Assembly: GCA_037440145.1 (NCBI GenBank)
Contig: JBBIUR010000022.1
Coordinates: 1 to 32,380 of the forward strand
Length of the DNA: 32,380 bases
From: Myxococcales bacterium
GTDB taxonomy: Bacteria; Desulfobacterota; Binatia; HRBIN30; BPIQ01
Direction: 5' to 3'
Shown here piece after piece: positions 1-9,255 of the stretch (the stretch's first letter is position 1; each line of letters opens with the position of its first letter). The notes under the pieces are model-generated. The model made no database searches. It was given only the letters and a program-made list of their open reading frames with translations, and was not told where the DNA came from. The position numbers were made by a program, and so were the translations under genes.

Positions 1-1
1 G

Positions 2-1600
2 TTTTCGACGGATGGGCCCTTTGATCACCCGCAGGGGCTCGAGCGCTCTAACGTCCTGCTCCGCGCTGTCGCACGTCCCTCGCCGGCGCACGAGCTGTCG
101 CTGTGGGGTTCTGTGTACGCCGGTAACTGGGACGCGTCGGGACAGATTCCCTGGCGGGAGGTGGCTACCGGTCGCCTGGATCGCTTTGGCGCCGTCGATC
201 CCACAGAAGGGGGCAGCACGGACCGGGAAAACCTGGTTTTTCATTACGCCTATGAGCCGAGTCCCGAGAGCACCTGGCGGCTTTTTCTGTTCGGCAGCCG
301 CTACGCGCTTGATCTGTTCTCGAACTTCACGTTTTTCAAAGAGACGGGCCTTCGCTTCTACCGCGGCCCCGATGGAAGCCCGGTCGACTTGTGCGCGGGG
401 CTGGATGAGGCGGCGTGTGCTGCCGCTGCTCGGGGTGCCGAGCGCCCCTGGCTGCCCGGAGATGGGATCGAGCAACAGGACTCGCGCTGGGTGTACGGGG
501 GGAGGCTTTCGTACATGCGCAGCGCAGCGCTTTGGGGCATCCCGATCGAGGGCGAGGCTGGAATCGAAACCCGCCACGACCAGGCGGCCGTCGCCCTGCA
601 CCGGCAAGTGCAGAGGCGGCGATTTTTCACCGTCAGCCGCGTCTCGGCCGCGCCGCGAATGGTCGGCGGTTACGCGCACGCGGAGATTTTCCCGCGCGAA
701 TGGGTGCGGCTGGACTTGGGGCTTCGGTGGGATGCGTACTTCCTGAGAGTGCGCGACCGGCTCGGGGTGCCCAGTTTCGATCCCAATTTCTCTGCAGAGC
801 GGATCGACGGCAGCGATCGCGAAGCCCTGCTGAGCCCGAAGGTCTCGATCGTGTTTTCCCCCAGCGATCGAAGCGAGTTCTACGGGAACTTCGGCGCCGG
901 CTTCCATTCCAACGATGCCCGCGCTGTGGTCGGCCGGGGCTTCGACCCCCTCACGCGATCGCTGGGATACGAGCTGGGGGCGCGCACGCGCCCGGTGGAG
1001 GCAGTGGAACTCGCTGCGGCGCTCTGGCTCCTCGACCTGGATTCCGAGCTCGTGTTTTCCGGCGATGCCGGGACGGTGGAACCCAGCGGGAGCACGCGGC
1101 GATGGGGAATCGATTTCGAAGCCAGGGCGCGCCCTGCGCAATGGATCGCCTTCGATTACGATCTCGCATTCGCGGACGCCCGCTTTCGTGCCACGGGAGG
1201 CGCCGTGCCGCTGGCCGTGACGCTGTTGATGAACGGCGGAGTCACGATGGAGTTCGGGTACGGGCTGTCCGCTGCAGGCCGCGTCCGGCTTGTCGGCGAC
1301 CGGCCCGCGAACGAAGACCGCAGCCTGACGGCGCGGGGGTACGCGATCGCGGACCTAGTCCTCCGCTACCGCTGGCGGCGCGCGGAGTTTTCGCTCGACT
1401 TCCTGAACCTTGTCGACCGCGCGTGGCGCGAGGCGCAATTCGCCGATCGCTCCTGCGTAGCCCGGGAACTCGGGGCGATGTCGGGCTGCTTTGCAGCGGG
1501 CAATCTCGGCGGAGACGTGGAACAGGTCGCCGAGGACATTCACTTCACGCCCGGCAACCCCTTCTGGGTTCGCGGGGGCGTGGCGGTGGGCTTGTTCTGA
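2..1600 (+). CDS. TonB-dependent outer-membrane receptor, C-terminal beta-barrel portion (5' end lies outside the window)
   Basis: The frame of ORF 113..1600 stays open back to position 2. Translation shows alternating beta-strand patterns and a TonB-receptor-like C-terminus (LNLVDRAWREAQF ... IHFTPGNPFWVRGGVAVGLF) ending in an aromatic residue, as typical for OM barrels. Confidence 0.8.
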   Translation, partial: FSTDGPFDHPQGLERSNVLLRAVARPSPAHELSLWGSVYAGNWDASGQIPWREVATGRLDRFGAVDPTEGGSTDRENLVFHYAYEPSPESTWRLFLFGSRYALDLFSNFTFFKETGLRFYRGPDGSPVDLCAGLDEAACAAAARGAERPWLPGDGIEQQDSRWVYGGRLSYMRSAALWGIPIEGEAGIETRHDQAAVALHRQVQRRRFFTVSRVSAAPRMVGGYAHAEIFPREWVRLDLGLRWDAYFLRVRDRLGVPSFDPNFSAERIDGSDREALLSPKVSIVFSPSDRSEFYGNFGAGFHSNDARAVVGRGFDPLTRSLGYELGARTRPVEAVELAAALWLLDLDSELVFSGDAGTVEPSGSTRRWGIDFEARARPAQWIAFDYDLAFADARFRATGGAVPLAVTLLMNGGVTMEFGYGLSAAGRVRLVGDRPANEDRSLTARGYAIADLVLRYRWRRAEFSLDFLNLVDRAWREAQFADRSCVARELGAMSGCFAAGNLGGDVEQVAEDIHFTPGNPFWVRGGVAVGLF

Positions 1601-1854
1601 AACCACGCCCGCGCTGTTCGCGCCGGCCGCGGCCGGGGATGCGCGGTGTCGAATCGGCGGCGGGGCAAGCGGCAGATCGCCGGGCGGGATGGGTGCGCTC
1701 CATTCGAAGCCGTCGAGCCCGCCGGCAGGCGCGGCTACCCCGGGCATTTGCGGGCCGAAAACCTTCTAAGGCTGCCACGGTCTTTCCGCGCTTCCGAAGG
1801 CGGACGCCCGGAGGCAAGGCCACGCCCTGGGGTCGATCGGTGTTCCCGCAGCCG

Positions 1855-2337
1855 CTACCTGCCCGCTGCCTGTTTCCCGCCGTGCGGCCCGTGGCGGTTT
1901 TCCGAATCCAAGCGGAGAAATTGCTCGATTGCCGCTGCGATCTCGTCTCGGACGCGGCGAAAGACGCGCAGTCTCTCTTCGTCCGTTCCGCGAGCGGCTG
2001 CCGGATCCTCGAAACTCCAGTGCAGCCGCTCGCATCGCGCGGGGAAGTAGGGGCACTCTTCCCGCGCGCGGTCGCATACGGTGATTACGTAGTCGAAGGC
2101 GCGCCCTTCCATTTCCGCCACGGACTTGGACCGCTGGCCGGAAATGTCGATGCCGATCTCCTTCATGGCTGCGACGGCCAGCGGATGCACGCCCGCGGGC
2201 CGCGTGCCCGCGCTCTCTACTTCGAACCGGTGCCCGGCCAGGTGCCGGAGCAGCCCCTCGGCCATCTGGCTGCGGCAGGAGTTCCCAGTGCACAGAAACA
2301 GCACGCGCCGTTTCGCACCTCGAAATCCCGCGGCCAT
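1855..2337 (-). CDS. arsC: arsenate reductase, thioredoxin-coupled LMW-PTP type
   Basis: Contains the P-loop CTGNSCRSQMAEG, the second Cys pair in VITVCDRAREECPYFP, and HWSFEDPAA, which aligns closely with the Staphylococcus/Bacillus ArsC pattern. Start placed at the internal ATG (MAAGFRGAKRRVLFLC). The upstream 95 codons of the ORF look non-protein-like. Confidence 0.85.
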   Translation of the reverse strand: MAAGFRGAKRRVLFLCTGNSCRSQMAEGLLRHLAGHRFEVESAGTRPAGVHPLAVAAMKEIGIDISGQRSKSVAEMEGRAFDYVITVCDRAREECPYFPARCERLHWSFEDPAAARGTDEERLRVFRRVRDEIAAAIEQFLRLDSENRHGPHGGKQAAGR

Positions 2338-2647
2338 GCATGCGATTATGCGGCGCGGAGCACCGCAAGGCCAGAGCGGCGCGCACCCGCGCGGGGAAAT
2401 GACGTAGTGCGAGAGGCTGCGTCGGCACCCGGCTATCTTCGGCCCCTGCGGGCTCCCCGCCCACCGCCCAGCCGTTGGCTGACAGCGAGGTCGGAGTTTT
2501 CCGTGGCACGCGCTCGCTCCGCCAGAGTCGGGTGCGCTCGAGTCGCTGGGGATTCCTACGCGAGATCGCTGCATTTGCAGCTGCAAGTGCGGGCCTTGCC
2601 CCACCACATGGTGGGCACACACTCCGGGGCCCAGCTCCGCGGGTTGT

Positions 2648-2700
2648 TGAAATCAGATTCTAAAAAATGATATTCGGATCCGGATGGCGAAACCGAATCC
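2648..2700 (+). promoter_or_regulatory. AT-rich island with imperfect palindromes; candidate promoter/TetR operator of the tetR-RND operon
   Basis: This is the only markedly AT-rich patch in the surrounding GC-rich DNA (ttgaaatcagattctaaaaaatgatattc). It contains TTGAAA at 2648-2653, the 9-bp palindrome AATCAGATT at 2651-2659, and the 14-bp imperfect palindrome ATTCGGA|TCCGGAT at 2672-2685 overlapping the tetR ATG (2684). CCGAAT recurs inverted at 2694-2699. Confidence 0.3.
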
Positions 2701-3355
2701 TGCACTGCGCGAGCGCCGGCGCGTGCGCCGGGAGCGGCTCCTCGCCTTCAGCAGGCAGTTGGTTCTGGAAGCGGCGGAAGAGGTATTTGCCGCGCGGGGG
2801 TTCGGCGGGGCGGCCATCGAGGAGATCGCGCGCCGAGCCGGAGTGGCCATCGCCACGCTGTACAACCTTTTTGGCAGCAAGGAGGCAGTTTTTGCCGCGC
2901 TGGTGGACTATCGGCAGCGGCAGTTCCTGCACGCCGTGGAGACCTCAGTGGCCGAGGGCGCGGACCCTGCGGATCGGCTCCATCGATTCGTCGGGGCGGT
3001 CTTTCGCTATTTCGAGGCGCATCAGGCGGCGTTCCGCGTGTACTTGAGCGTGACGCAGGGCGCGCTGTGGGCGATTCGCGCCTCGCTGGGCGAGCGCACG
3101 TTCGCGAAGTACCGCGAAATGGTCGTGTCGCTTTCGCGGCTGGTCGAAGCGGGAATGCGAGCAGGCGCATGGCCGCGAGACGATGCGCGGCTGTTGGCCA
3201 TTGCGGCCATGGGGTGCCTGAACGGGCTCGTGACGCGCCGCTACACGGAAGAGGTGCGCGAAGATGTAGAGCGGGCGATCGACGATGCGTGGCGCTTGTT
3301 GCAGCGGCTTTTGAGTGCGCCGCTGCGCGGGGCGCATAGGGGGATGGTGCAGTGA
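2684..3355 (+). CDS. TetR/AcrR-family transcriptional regulator
   Basis: N-terminal HTH signature (LVLEAAEEVFAARGFGGAAIEEIARRAGVAIATLYNLFGSKEAVF). Sits first in an operon with MFP and RND genes. Its stop overlaps the next start (GTGA). Confidence 0.9.
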   Translation: MAKPNPALRERRRVRRERLLAFSRQLVLEAAEEVFAARGFGGAAIEEIARRAGVAIATLYNLFGSKEAVFAALVDYRQRQFLHAVETSVAEGADPADRLHRFVGAVFRYFEAHQAAFRVYLSVTQGALWAIRASLGERTFAKYREMVVSLSRLVEAGMRAGAWPRDDARLLAIAAMGCLNGLVTRRYTEEVREDVERAIDDAWRLLQRLLSAPLRGAHRGMVQ

Positions 3356-4488
3356 TCCGTTGCCTCGGCGCAGCGATCTGGATCGGCGGCTGCGGTGGGC
3401 GAGCCGGCGTGCGCGCGGTCGCTCTGGGCATGCTGGCGGCCGCGCTCGGGTCGGGATGCGGTGGGAAGACGACGGCAGGAGCGCCGCTGCCCGTGGCGGC
3501 ACCGGAGGTTCTCGTTGCGACGGCGATGTCGAAATCTCTGCCCGAGTGGGTGGAGGCTGTGGGATCCTTGTTGCCGCAAGAGGAGGTGACGGTGGCGCCG
3601 GAAGTCGGCGGTACCGTGGCCGAAGTGGGGGTGGATTTCGGCGATCGGGTGGAGCGCGGAACCGTTCTCCTGCGCCTGGACGACAGGGAGTTGAAGCTGC
3701 GCGCCGAGGCGGCGCGAGCTGCGCTCGCGCAGGCCGATGCCGTGCTCGCTCAAGTGCGGGCGGCGCACCAGCGGGCCCTGGCGCTCCGGGCCCAGCGGCT
3801 GTTGGCCGAAGAGGGTTTCGATGCGGCCGTTCGCGAGCTGCGCGTGGCCGAGGCGAACCGAGAAGCGGCTGCCAAGCAACTGGCGATTGCCGAGAAGCAC
3901 GCGGCGGATGCCGTGCTGCGATCCCCGGTAGCTGGGTACGTCGCGGCGCGCCTGGTGAGTGCCGGCCAATACCTGCCGCCCTATACACCCGCGGTGCGGC
4001 TCGTAGTCGTCGACCCGTTACGCGTGCGGTTCGAGCTTCCCGAGCGCTTTGCCGGGCGGATCCGCGCCGGCCAGAGGCTGGAAGTGGAGGTCGCGGGCCT
4101 GTCCGAAAAAGGGCTGGCGGGCGAGGTGACGCGGATCGGGGCGGCGCTGGACCCCAGCACCCGCTCGCTGCCCGTGGAAGGGGAACTGCGGAACCCGGAG
4201 GGGAAGCTGCGGCCGGGACACTTCGCCCGCGTGCGGCTCGACCTCGGCATGCGGCTGTCGGTGGTCGTGCCCCGCGCGGCCCTGGACACTTTTGCAGGGG
4301 TCGACCGCGTTTACGTCGTTCACCCCGGCGGTCGCCTGGAGATGCGGCCGGTGGTTCCGGCCTCCGACCTCGGCGAGGAGCTGGCGATCGCTGAGGGGCT
4401 GCGCGGGGGCGAAATCGTGGCAGTCTCGCGCTTGGAGGAGCTCGCGGACGGGATGGTGGTTCAACCCGTGCGGGATCGAGGCCCGTGA
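3352..4488 (+). CDS. efflux RND transporter periplasmic adaptor subunit (MFP/HlyD family)
   Basis: N-terminal hydrophobic/lipoprotein-like segment (ALGSGCGG), coiled-coil hairpin region (LKLRAEAARAALAQADAVLAQVRAAH...), and beta-barrel/MP domain motifs (AVRLVVVDPLRVRFELPE). GTGA overlaps on both sides indicate translational coupling. Exact start is uncertain. Confidence 0.9.
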   Translation: MIRCLGAAIWIGGCGGRAGVRAVALGMLAAALGSGCGGKTTAGAPLPVAAPEVLVATAMSKSLPEWVEAVGSLLPQEEVTVAPEVGGTVAEVGVDFGDRVERGTVLLRLDDRELKLRAEAARAALAQADAVLAQVRAAHQRALALRAQRLLAEEGFDAAVRELRVAEANREAAAKQLAIAEKHAADAVLRSPVAGYVAARLVSAGQYLPPYTPAVRLVVVDPLRVRFELPERFAGRIRAGQRLEVEVAGLSEKGLAGEVTRIGAALDPSTRSLPVEGELRNPEGKLRPGHFARVRLDLGMRLSVVVPRAALDTFAGVDRVYVVHPGGRLEMRPVVPASDLGEELAIAEGLRGGEIVAVSRLEELADGMVVQPVRDRGP

Positions 4489-7400
4489 TTCTCTCCGACG
4501 AGTGCATTCGCCGCCCGGTCTTCGCGACGATGCTGGTGGGCAGCCTTCTCGTCGTGGGGATGGTGTGTTTCGGGCGCCTGGGTCTCGACCTTTTCCCGCG
4601 GGTGGACATCCCGACCGTGACGGTGACGACGACGCTGGCCGGAGCGGGGCCCGAGGAAATCGAAACCCGCATCACCAAGCCAATCGAAGACGCGGTGAGC
4701 ACGATCAGCGGGATCGACGAGATTCGCTCGGAGAGCATCGAGGGCATGTCGCGCGTTGTGGCGATCTTCGAGCTGGAACGGTCCCTCGACGCAGCGGCTC
4801 AGGACGTGCGCGACAAGGTCGCGCGCGTCGTTTTCCAGTTGCCGGAAGGTACCGACCCCCCGGTGGTGGAAAAGTTCGACGTGGACGCTACGCCCGTGAT
4901 GTACCTCACGGTCACCGGCGGGCAGGATCTCAAGCAGCTTACGGAGCTGGCGAAAAAGCGCGTCAAGGAGGTGATCGAAGGGATTTCGGGGGTGGGCGCG
5001 ATTTCGGTGCTCGGGGGCCGCGCGCGCGAGATCCAGGTCGAACTGGAGGCGGCGAAGTTGCAGGCCTACCGGCTCACCGTGCCCGAGGTGGCGCGCGCTC
5101 TGGCGCTCGCGAACATCGAGATCCCCGGCGGGCGCCTGATCCGGGGCTCGCGGGAGGCCGCGGTGCGAACCCAGGGCCGCCTGCAGCGAGTCGCGGACTT
5201 TCTGGACGTGCAGGTTGCCAACCGCGATGGCCAGCCGGTGCGCGTGCGCGACATCGGGAACGTCGTGGACGGCACCGTCGAGCCGCGCAGCCTCTCGCGA
5301 TACAACACCAGGAACGCGGTGACCCTTGCCGTTCGGAAGCAGAGCGGCAGTAACGTAGTCGCCGTTGTAGACGCGATCCGCAAACGCCTGCCGGGAATCC
5401 GCGCGAGCCTGCCGCCGGGAACCTCCGTGGAGGTGACGCGGGACTGGTCGGTTTTCATTCGCGAGGCCAACCGCGAGGTGGAGCAGCACATGCTTTTGGG
5501 TGCTCTGCTCGCGAGCGCGGTCGTGCTGCTGTTCCTGAACAACGTCCGGGCAACCGTCATTGCGGCGGTGGCGATCCCGACGGCGATCGTGGCCACCTTT
5601 GCCGCGGTGTACCTCGCCGGGTTTACGCTGAACCGCGTGACGCTGCTTGCGCTCGCGCTGGCTGTGGGCATCGTGATCGACGACGCCATCGTCGTGCTGG
5701 AGAACGCCTGGCGGTTTGTCGAAGAGAAAGACCTCGACCCGGTGACGGCTGCGCGGGAAGGGACGGCAGACGTGGGCCTAGCGGTCAGCGCCACCACGCT
5801 TTCGCTGGTTGCGGTTTTCGTCCCGGTGGCCTTCGTCAAAGGGGTCACGGGCCAGTTCTTGCGCAGCTTCGGCCTGACGATGGCGTTCGCCATCTTGGTC
5901 TCCCTTCTGGTGGCGTTCACCCTGACGCCGGCCCTGTGTGCGCGGCTGCTCCGCAAGCGATCCGGAACGCTGTCGCGCGCCTCGCGGTTTTACGCGCCGA
6001 TTGACCGGGCGTACGGGGCGCTGGTCCGCTGGGCGCTGGCGCACCGCTGGACAGTCGTGGCGCTGGCGGCTGCGCTCGTCGCCGCCGTGCCACCGCTGGT
6101 CCGCTGGACCGGAGGGGCGTTCATGCCCGAGGACGATCGCGGGGAGTTTGAGGTCAACCTCCGCTTGCCGCAGGGGACCTCGCTCACCCGGGCCGACGCG
6201 GTGTTGCGCGAGATGGAAGCGGAGCTGCGGCCGCTGCCGGGAGTGCGCGGCTTGCTGACCGCCGTGGGCGGGGTTACGGGAGACGACGTCACGGCGGCGC
6301 AAATCTTCGTCGTCCTGGACGAAGACCGGACCCGCCGGCCACACCAGCATCGAATCATGCAGTGGGCCCGGGAGAAAATGCGCGCCTTCCGCTCGCGCGT
6401 CCGGGTGAGCGTGGACAACCCGCCACCGGTGCAGGGCAGCGGATATGGAGCTGCGGAGATCCAGATCACAGTGCGCGGCCCCGAGCCGTCGCGCCTCGAA
6501 GAAGCTGCGCGGCAATTGCGCGCTATTTTGGAGCGGACTCCCGGAGCTGTGGACGTGGACACGAGCGCGCTCGGCGGCAAGCCGGAGGTGCAGCTCACGG
6601 TCCTGCGCGATCGCGCGAGCGATCTCGGCGTGCAGGTGGCGGACGTCGCCACCACGGTGCGCGCACTGCTGGCCGGGGAAGTGGTGACGCGATACAAGGA
6701 GGGCGGCGATCTTTACGACGTCCGCCTGCGGCTGCGGGAGGCAGATCGGCAGCAGGCCGAGCAGCTCGCCGCCCTCCCCGTGCCCTCCGCGAAGCTTGGG
6801 CAGGTGCGGTTGGACAGCGTGGTGGATCTGCGCGCGGGTACGGGCCCCGCGAAGATCGATCGCAAGAACCGGCAGCGGCAGGTCACCGTGTCGGCGAACG
6901 TCGCTCCTGGCCACGCGCTGGGAGACGTGCTTGCTTCGGCCTTGGCGCAGGCCGGGAACCTCGGCTTGCCGCCATCCTACCTACTGGACGTGGGAGGCCG
7001 CGGCAAGCTGTACGGCGAGACCGTCGAGGGCTTCCGGTTGGCGCTGGGGCTTTCCGTGGTGTTCATGTACATGGTGCTGGCGGCGCAGTTCGAGAGTTTC
7101 CTGCACCCGGTGACGATCCTGCTCTCGCTGCCGCTGGCTGTGCCCTTTGCCCTCGTCTCGCTGTGGGCGACGGGCAACACGATCAACCTCTTCAGCGGCC
7201 TCGGCATTTTGCTTCTCTTCGGGATTGTGAAGAAAAACTCCATCCTGCAGGTGGACCATACGCTAGCCCTGCGCCGCGCCGGTGTCCCCCGCACCGACGC
7301 CATCGTGCGCGCAAACCGCGACCGACTGCGCCCGATCCTGATGACCACGTTTTCGCTCGTGGCTGCCATGATCCCCGCAGCGGTAGCCCGCGGGGCAGGC

Positions 7401-7592
7401 GCCGAGGTCTCGCGCTCCATCGCCATCGTGGTCGTGGGGGGCCAGTCGCTGTGCCTGCTGATCACGCTTTTGATCACTCCGGTGGCCTATTCCCTGTTCG
7501 ACGACCTCGGTGCGCAGGCGGCGGACTGGATGGCGCGCCGCCGTGCGTTGCCGGCTCCCAGCGCGGCGGCGGAGTTGCGGCCGGAGGGCTAG
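4485..7592 (+). CDS. efflux RND transporter permease subunit (AcrB/HAE-type, 1035 aa)
   Basis: Canonical AcrB-family opening (IRRPVFATMLVGSLLVVG...LGLDLFPRVDIPTVTVTT), 12-TM architecture with two large periplasmic loops, and conserved TM4 region (ALALAVGIVIDDAIVVLEN). Confidence 0.95.
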   Translation: MILSDECIRRPVFATMLVGSLLVVGMVCFGRLGLDLFPRVDIPTVTVTTTLAGAGPEEIETRITKPIEDAVSTISGIDEIRSESIEGMSRVVAIFELERSLDAAAQDVRDKVARVVFQLPEGTDPPVVEKFDVDATPVMYLTVTGGQDLKQLTELAKKRVKEVIEGISGVGAISVLGGRAREIQVELEAAKLQAYRLTVPEVARALALANIEIPGGRLIRGSREAAVRTQGRLQRVADFLDVQVANRDGQPVRVRDIGNVVDGTVEPRSLSRYNTRNAVTLAVRKQSGSNVVAVVDAIRKRLPGIRASLPPGTSVEVTRDWSVFIREANREVEQHMLLGALLASAVVLLFLNNVRATVIAAVAIPTAIVATFAAVYLAGFTLNRVTLLALALAVGIVIDDAIVVLENAWRFVEEKDLDPVTAAREGTADVGLAVSATTLSLVAVFVPVAFVKGVTGQFLRSFGLTMAFAILVSLLVAFTLTPALCARLLRKRSGTLSRASRFYAPIDRAYGALVRWALAHRWTVVALAAALVAAVPPLVRWTGGAFMPEDDRGEFEVNLRLPQGTSLTRADAVLREMEAELRPLPGVRGLLTAVGGVTGDDVTAAQIFVVLDEDRTRRPHQHRIMQWAREKMRAFRSRVRVSVDNPPPVQGSGYGAAEIQITVRGPEPSRLEEAARQLRAILERTPGAVDVDTSALGGKPEVQLTVLRDRASDLGVQVADVATTVRALLAGEVVTRYKEGGDLYDVRLRLREADRQQAEQLAALPVPSAKLGQVRLDSVVDLRAGTGPAKIDRKNRQRQVTVSANVAPGHALGDVLASALAQAGNLGLPPSYLLDVGGRGKLYGETVEGFRLALGLSVVFMYMVLAAQFESFLHPVTILLSLPLAVPFALVSLWATGNTINLFSGLGILLLFGIVKKNSILQVDHTLALRRAGVPRTDAIVRANRDRLRPILMTTFSLVAAMIPAAVARGAGAEVSRSIAIVVVGGQSLCLLITLLITPVAYSLFDDLGAQAADWMARRRALPAPSAAAELRPEG

Positions 7593-7721
7593 GTTGCCGA
7601 GCGCCGGGACTCTCGCCTCGAGGTCCGGAATCCGGGTGAAGATCCAGGCGGCGGGCAGCTCCCTCCCGGCCCGAGTGCGCTGCGGAAGAGTGCGTTGCGA
7701 GCCGGTTGCCCTCGCGCGCTG

Positions 7722-9065
7722 CTACAGCAGCGTGCCGGTGAGGACCATGCGCGCGATGCTGAAGTAGATGATCAGGCCCGTCACGTCGACCAGCGTGGCG
7801 ACGAAGGGAGCAGAAGCGCTCGCGGGGTCGAAGCCCAGCGCTCGGAAGGCGAATGGGAGCATCGAACCGATCAGCGTTCCCCAGAGCACTACCCCGACCA
7901 GGCTCGCCCCCACGGTGAGCGCGACGAGCACCGGGTGCTCGCCGTAGATGTGAAAGGCCGCTTGCCACAGGAGAATGCGCGCGATGCCAATGGCTGCCAG
8001 GATTGCGCCCAGGCCGAGGCCGGCGAGGAATTCGCGGCGGACCACGCGCCACCAGTCGCGCAGGCGCACTTCGCCCAGGGCCATCGCGCGGATCACGAGC
8101 GTCGTCGCCTGGGATCCGGAGTTGCCGCCGCTGCTGATGATCAGCGGCACGAACAGCGCGAGGATGACCGCGCGGGCGATCTCTTCTTCGAAATAGCCCA
8201 TGGCCGTGGCCGTGAGCATTTCGCCGAGGAACAGGGCGGAAAGCCAGCCCGCCCGCTTGCGGATCATGCGCGCGAGCCCCACCCGCAGGTACGGCTGTTC
8301 CAGGGCCTGCATACCGCCCATCTTGTGGATGTCTTCGGTCGCCTCTTCCTGCACGACGTCCACGATGTCGTCCAACGTGACGATTCCCTTGAGCCGGCGC
8401 TCATCGTCGACGACGGGGACGGCGAGAAAGCGGTGGGCGGAGAACAGCCGCCCGAGCGCTTCCTGGTCCATGTGCTCGTGCGCGGTGACCACGTCGGTTT
8501 GCATCACGTCGCGCACCGTCCGATCCGGCGGAGCGGAGAAGAGTTCGCGGAAGGAAACCACGCCGAGCAGGCGCTGTTCGGAGTCCAGGACGTAGATGTA
8601 GTACACGGTCTCGAGTTCCGGTGCCTGCCGCCGCAGGTAGGCGATGGCCTCGTCGACGCTCATCTCCGGCCGCAAGCGGGCAAAGCGAGGATTCATGAGC
8701 CCGCCCGCCTGGTCTTCTGCATATGCCAGGAGGGCGCTCACCTCGCGCCGAGTGGCATCGTCGAGGAGGGCGAGCAGGGGTTCCCGGTCGGCGGGAGGCG
8801 CCGCCTGGATCAGATCTGCCGCGTCGTCGGGAGCCAGCAGCCGCACCCACAGCCGGCGCTCGCGCGGGGGGAGGCTCAGCACGAGCGAAGCTTGATCCGC
8901 TGCGCTCAGGCTCAAGAAAAAATCTTCGGCCTCGTCTTGGGGTAGGGTCGCAAAGACGGCAGCGCGATCATCCGGTGCGAGCAGGGGCCATACGTCGCGC
9001 AGCTCTTGTGGTGAGAGTTCTTCGCCCGCTGCCTGGGAAGGCGGCGCCACTGCAGCTTCTGGCAT
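7722..9065 (-). CDS. mgtE: magnesium transporter MgtE
   Basis: MgtE N-domain, tandem CBS region (MNPRFARLRPEMSVDEAIAYLRR...VVDDERRLKGIVTLDDIVDVV) and TM domain with PLIISSGGNSGSQATTLVIRAMALGE. AGGAGG lies 7 nt upstream of the ATG (plus-strand cctcct at 9073-9078). Confidence 0.95.
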   Translation of the reverse strand: MPEAAVAPPSQAAGEELSPQELRDVWPLLAPDDRAAVFATLPQDEAEDFFLSLSAADQASLVLSLPPRERRLWVRLLAPDDAADLIQAAPPADREPLLALLDDATRREVSALLAYAEDQAGGLMNPRFARLRPEMSVDEAIAYLRRQAPELETVYYIYVLDSEQRLLGVVSFRELFSAPPDRTVRDVMQTDVVTAHEHMDQEALGRLFSAHRFLAVPVVDDERRLKGIVTLDDIVDVVQEEATEDIHKMGGMQALEQPYLRVGLARMIRKRAGWLSALFLGEMLTATAMGYFEEEIARAVILALFVPLIISSGGNSGSQATTLVIRAMALGEVRLRDWWRVVRREFLAGLGLGAILAAIGIARILLWQAAFHIYGEHPVLVALTVGASLVGVVLWGTLIGSMLPFAFRALGFDPASASAPFVATLVDVTGLIIYFSIARMVLTGTLL

Positions 9066-9255
9066 GGTCGAACCTCCTGCCGCCGCGCCGCGACGGTGGT
9101 TCGACCAGCGGCGCGACGGCCTACGACGGAGACTGGCCTATCGGGGCTCCCGATCTACTCGGACCGTCACTACTCATGCTCGTGCGCCACATACCGTTCC
9201 CAGCGCAGAAAAACAAGCTACAGGCCGGCGGGAAAAAGCACCTCGCCCGCAGGGG

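Noticed and set aside
2338-2622. A 95-codon N-terminal extension of the arsC ORF (GTG at 2620-2622).
   Set aside because: The extension (MCAHHVVGQGPHLQLQMQRSRVG...) is not protein-like. ArsC homologues begin a few residues before the CTGNSCRS P-loop, so the internal ATG at 2335-2337 fits.
2945-4747. A 600-aa minus-strand ORF, with similar long antisense ORFs at 12778..14481, 19209..20948, 7695..8945, 5778..6914 and 22608..23909.
   Set aside because: All lie antisense to genes with strong family signatures. They have extreme Arg/Pro/Ala/Gly composition and lack starts with an RBS. These are typical GC-rich shadow ORFs.
7593-7721. A bidirectional rho-independent terminator between the convergent RND and mgtE genes.
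   Set aside because: Only short stems are present (for example CCGGA-A-TCCGG at about 7625-7635), with no U-tracts on either strand. This is not enough to call a terminator.
9066-9255. An M-box Mg2+ riboswitch upstream of mgtE.
   Set aside because: The conserved M-box sequence blocks are not visible on the minus strand. Only a generic GC hairpin is present. This was by-eye inspection only, so a covariance-model scan is still advisable.
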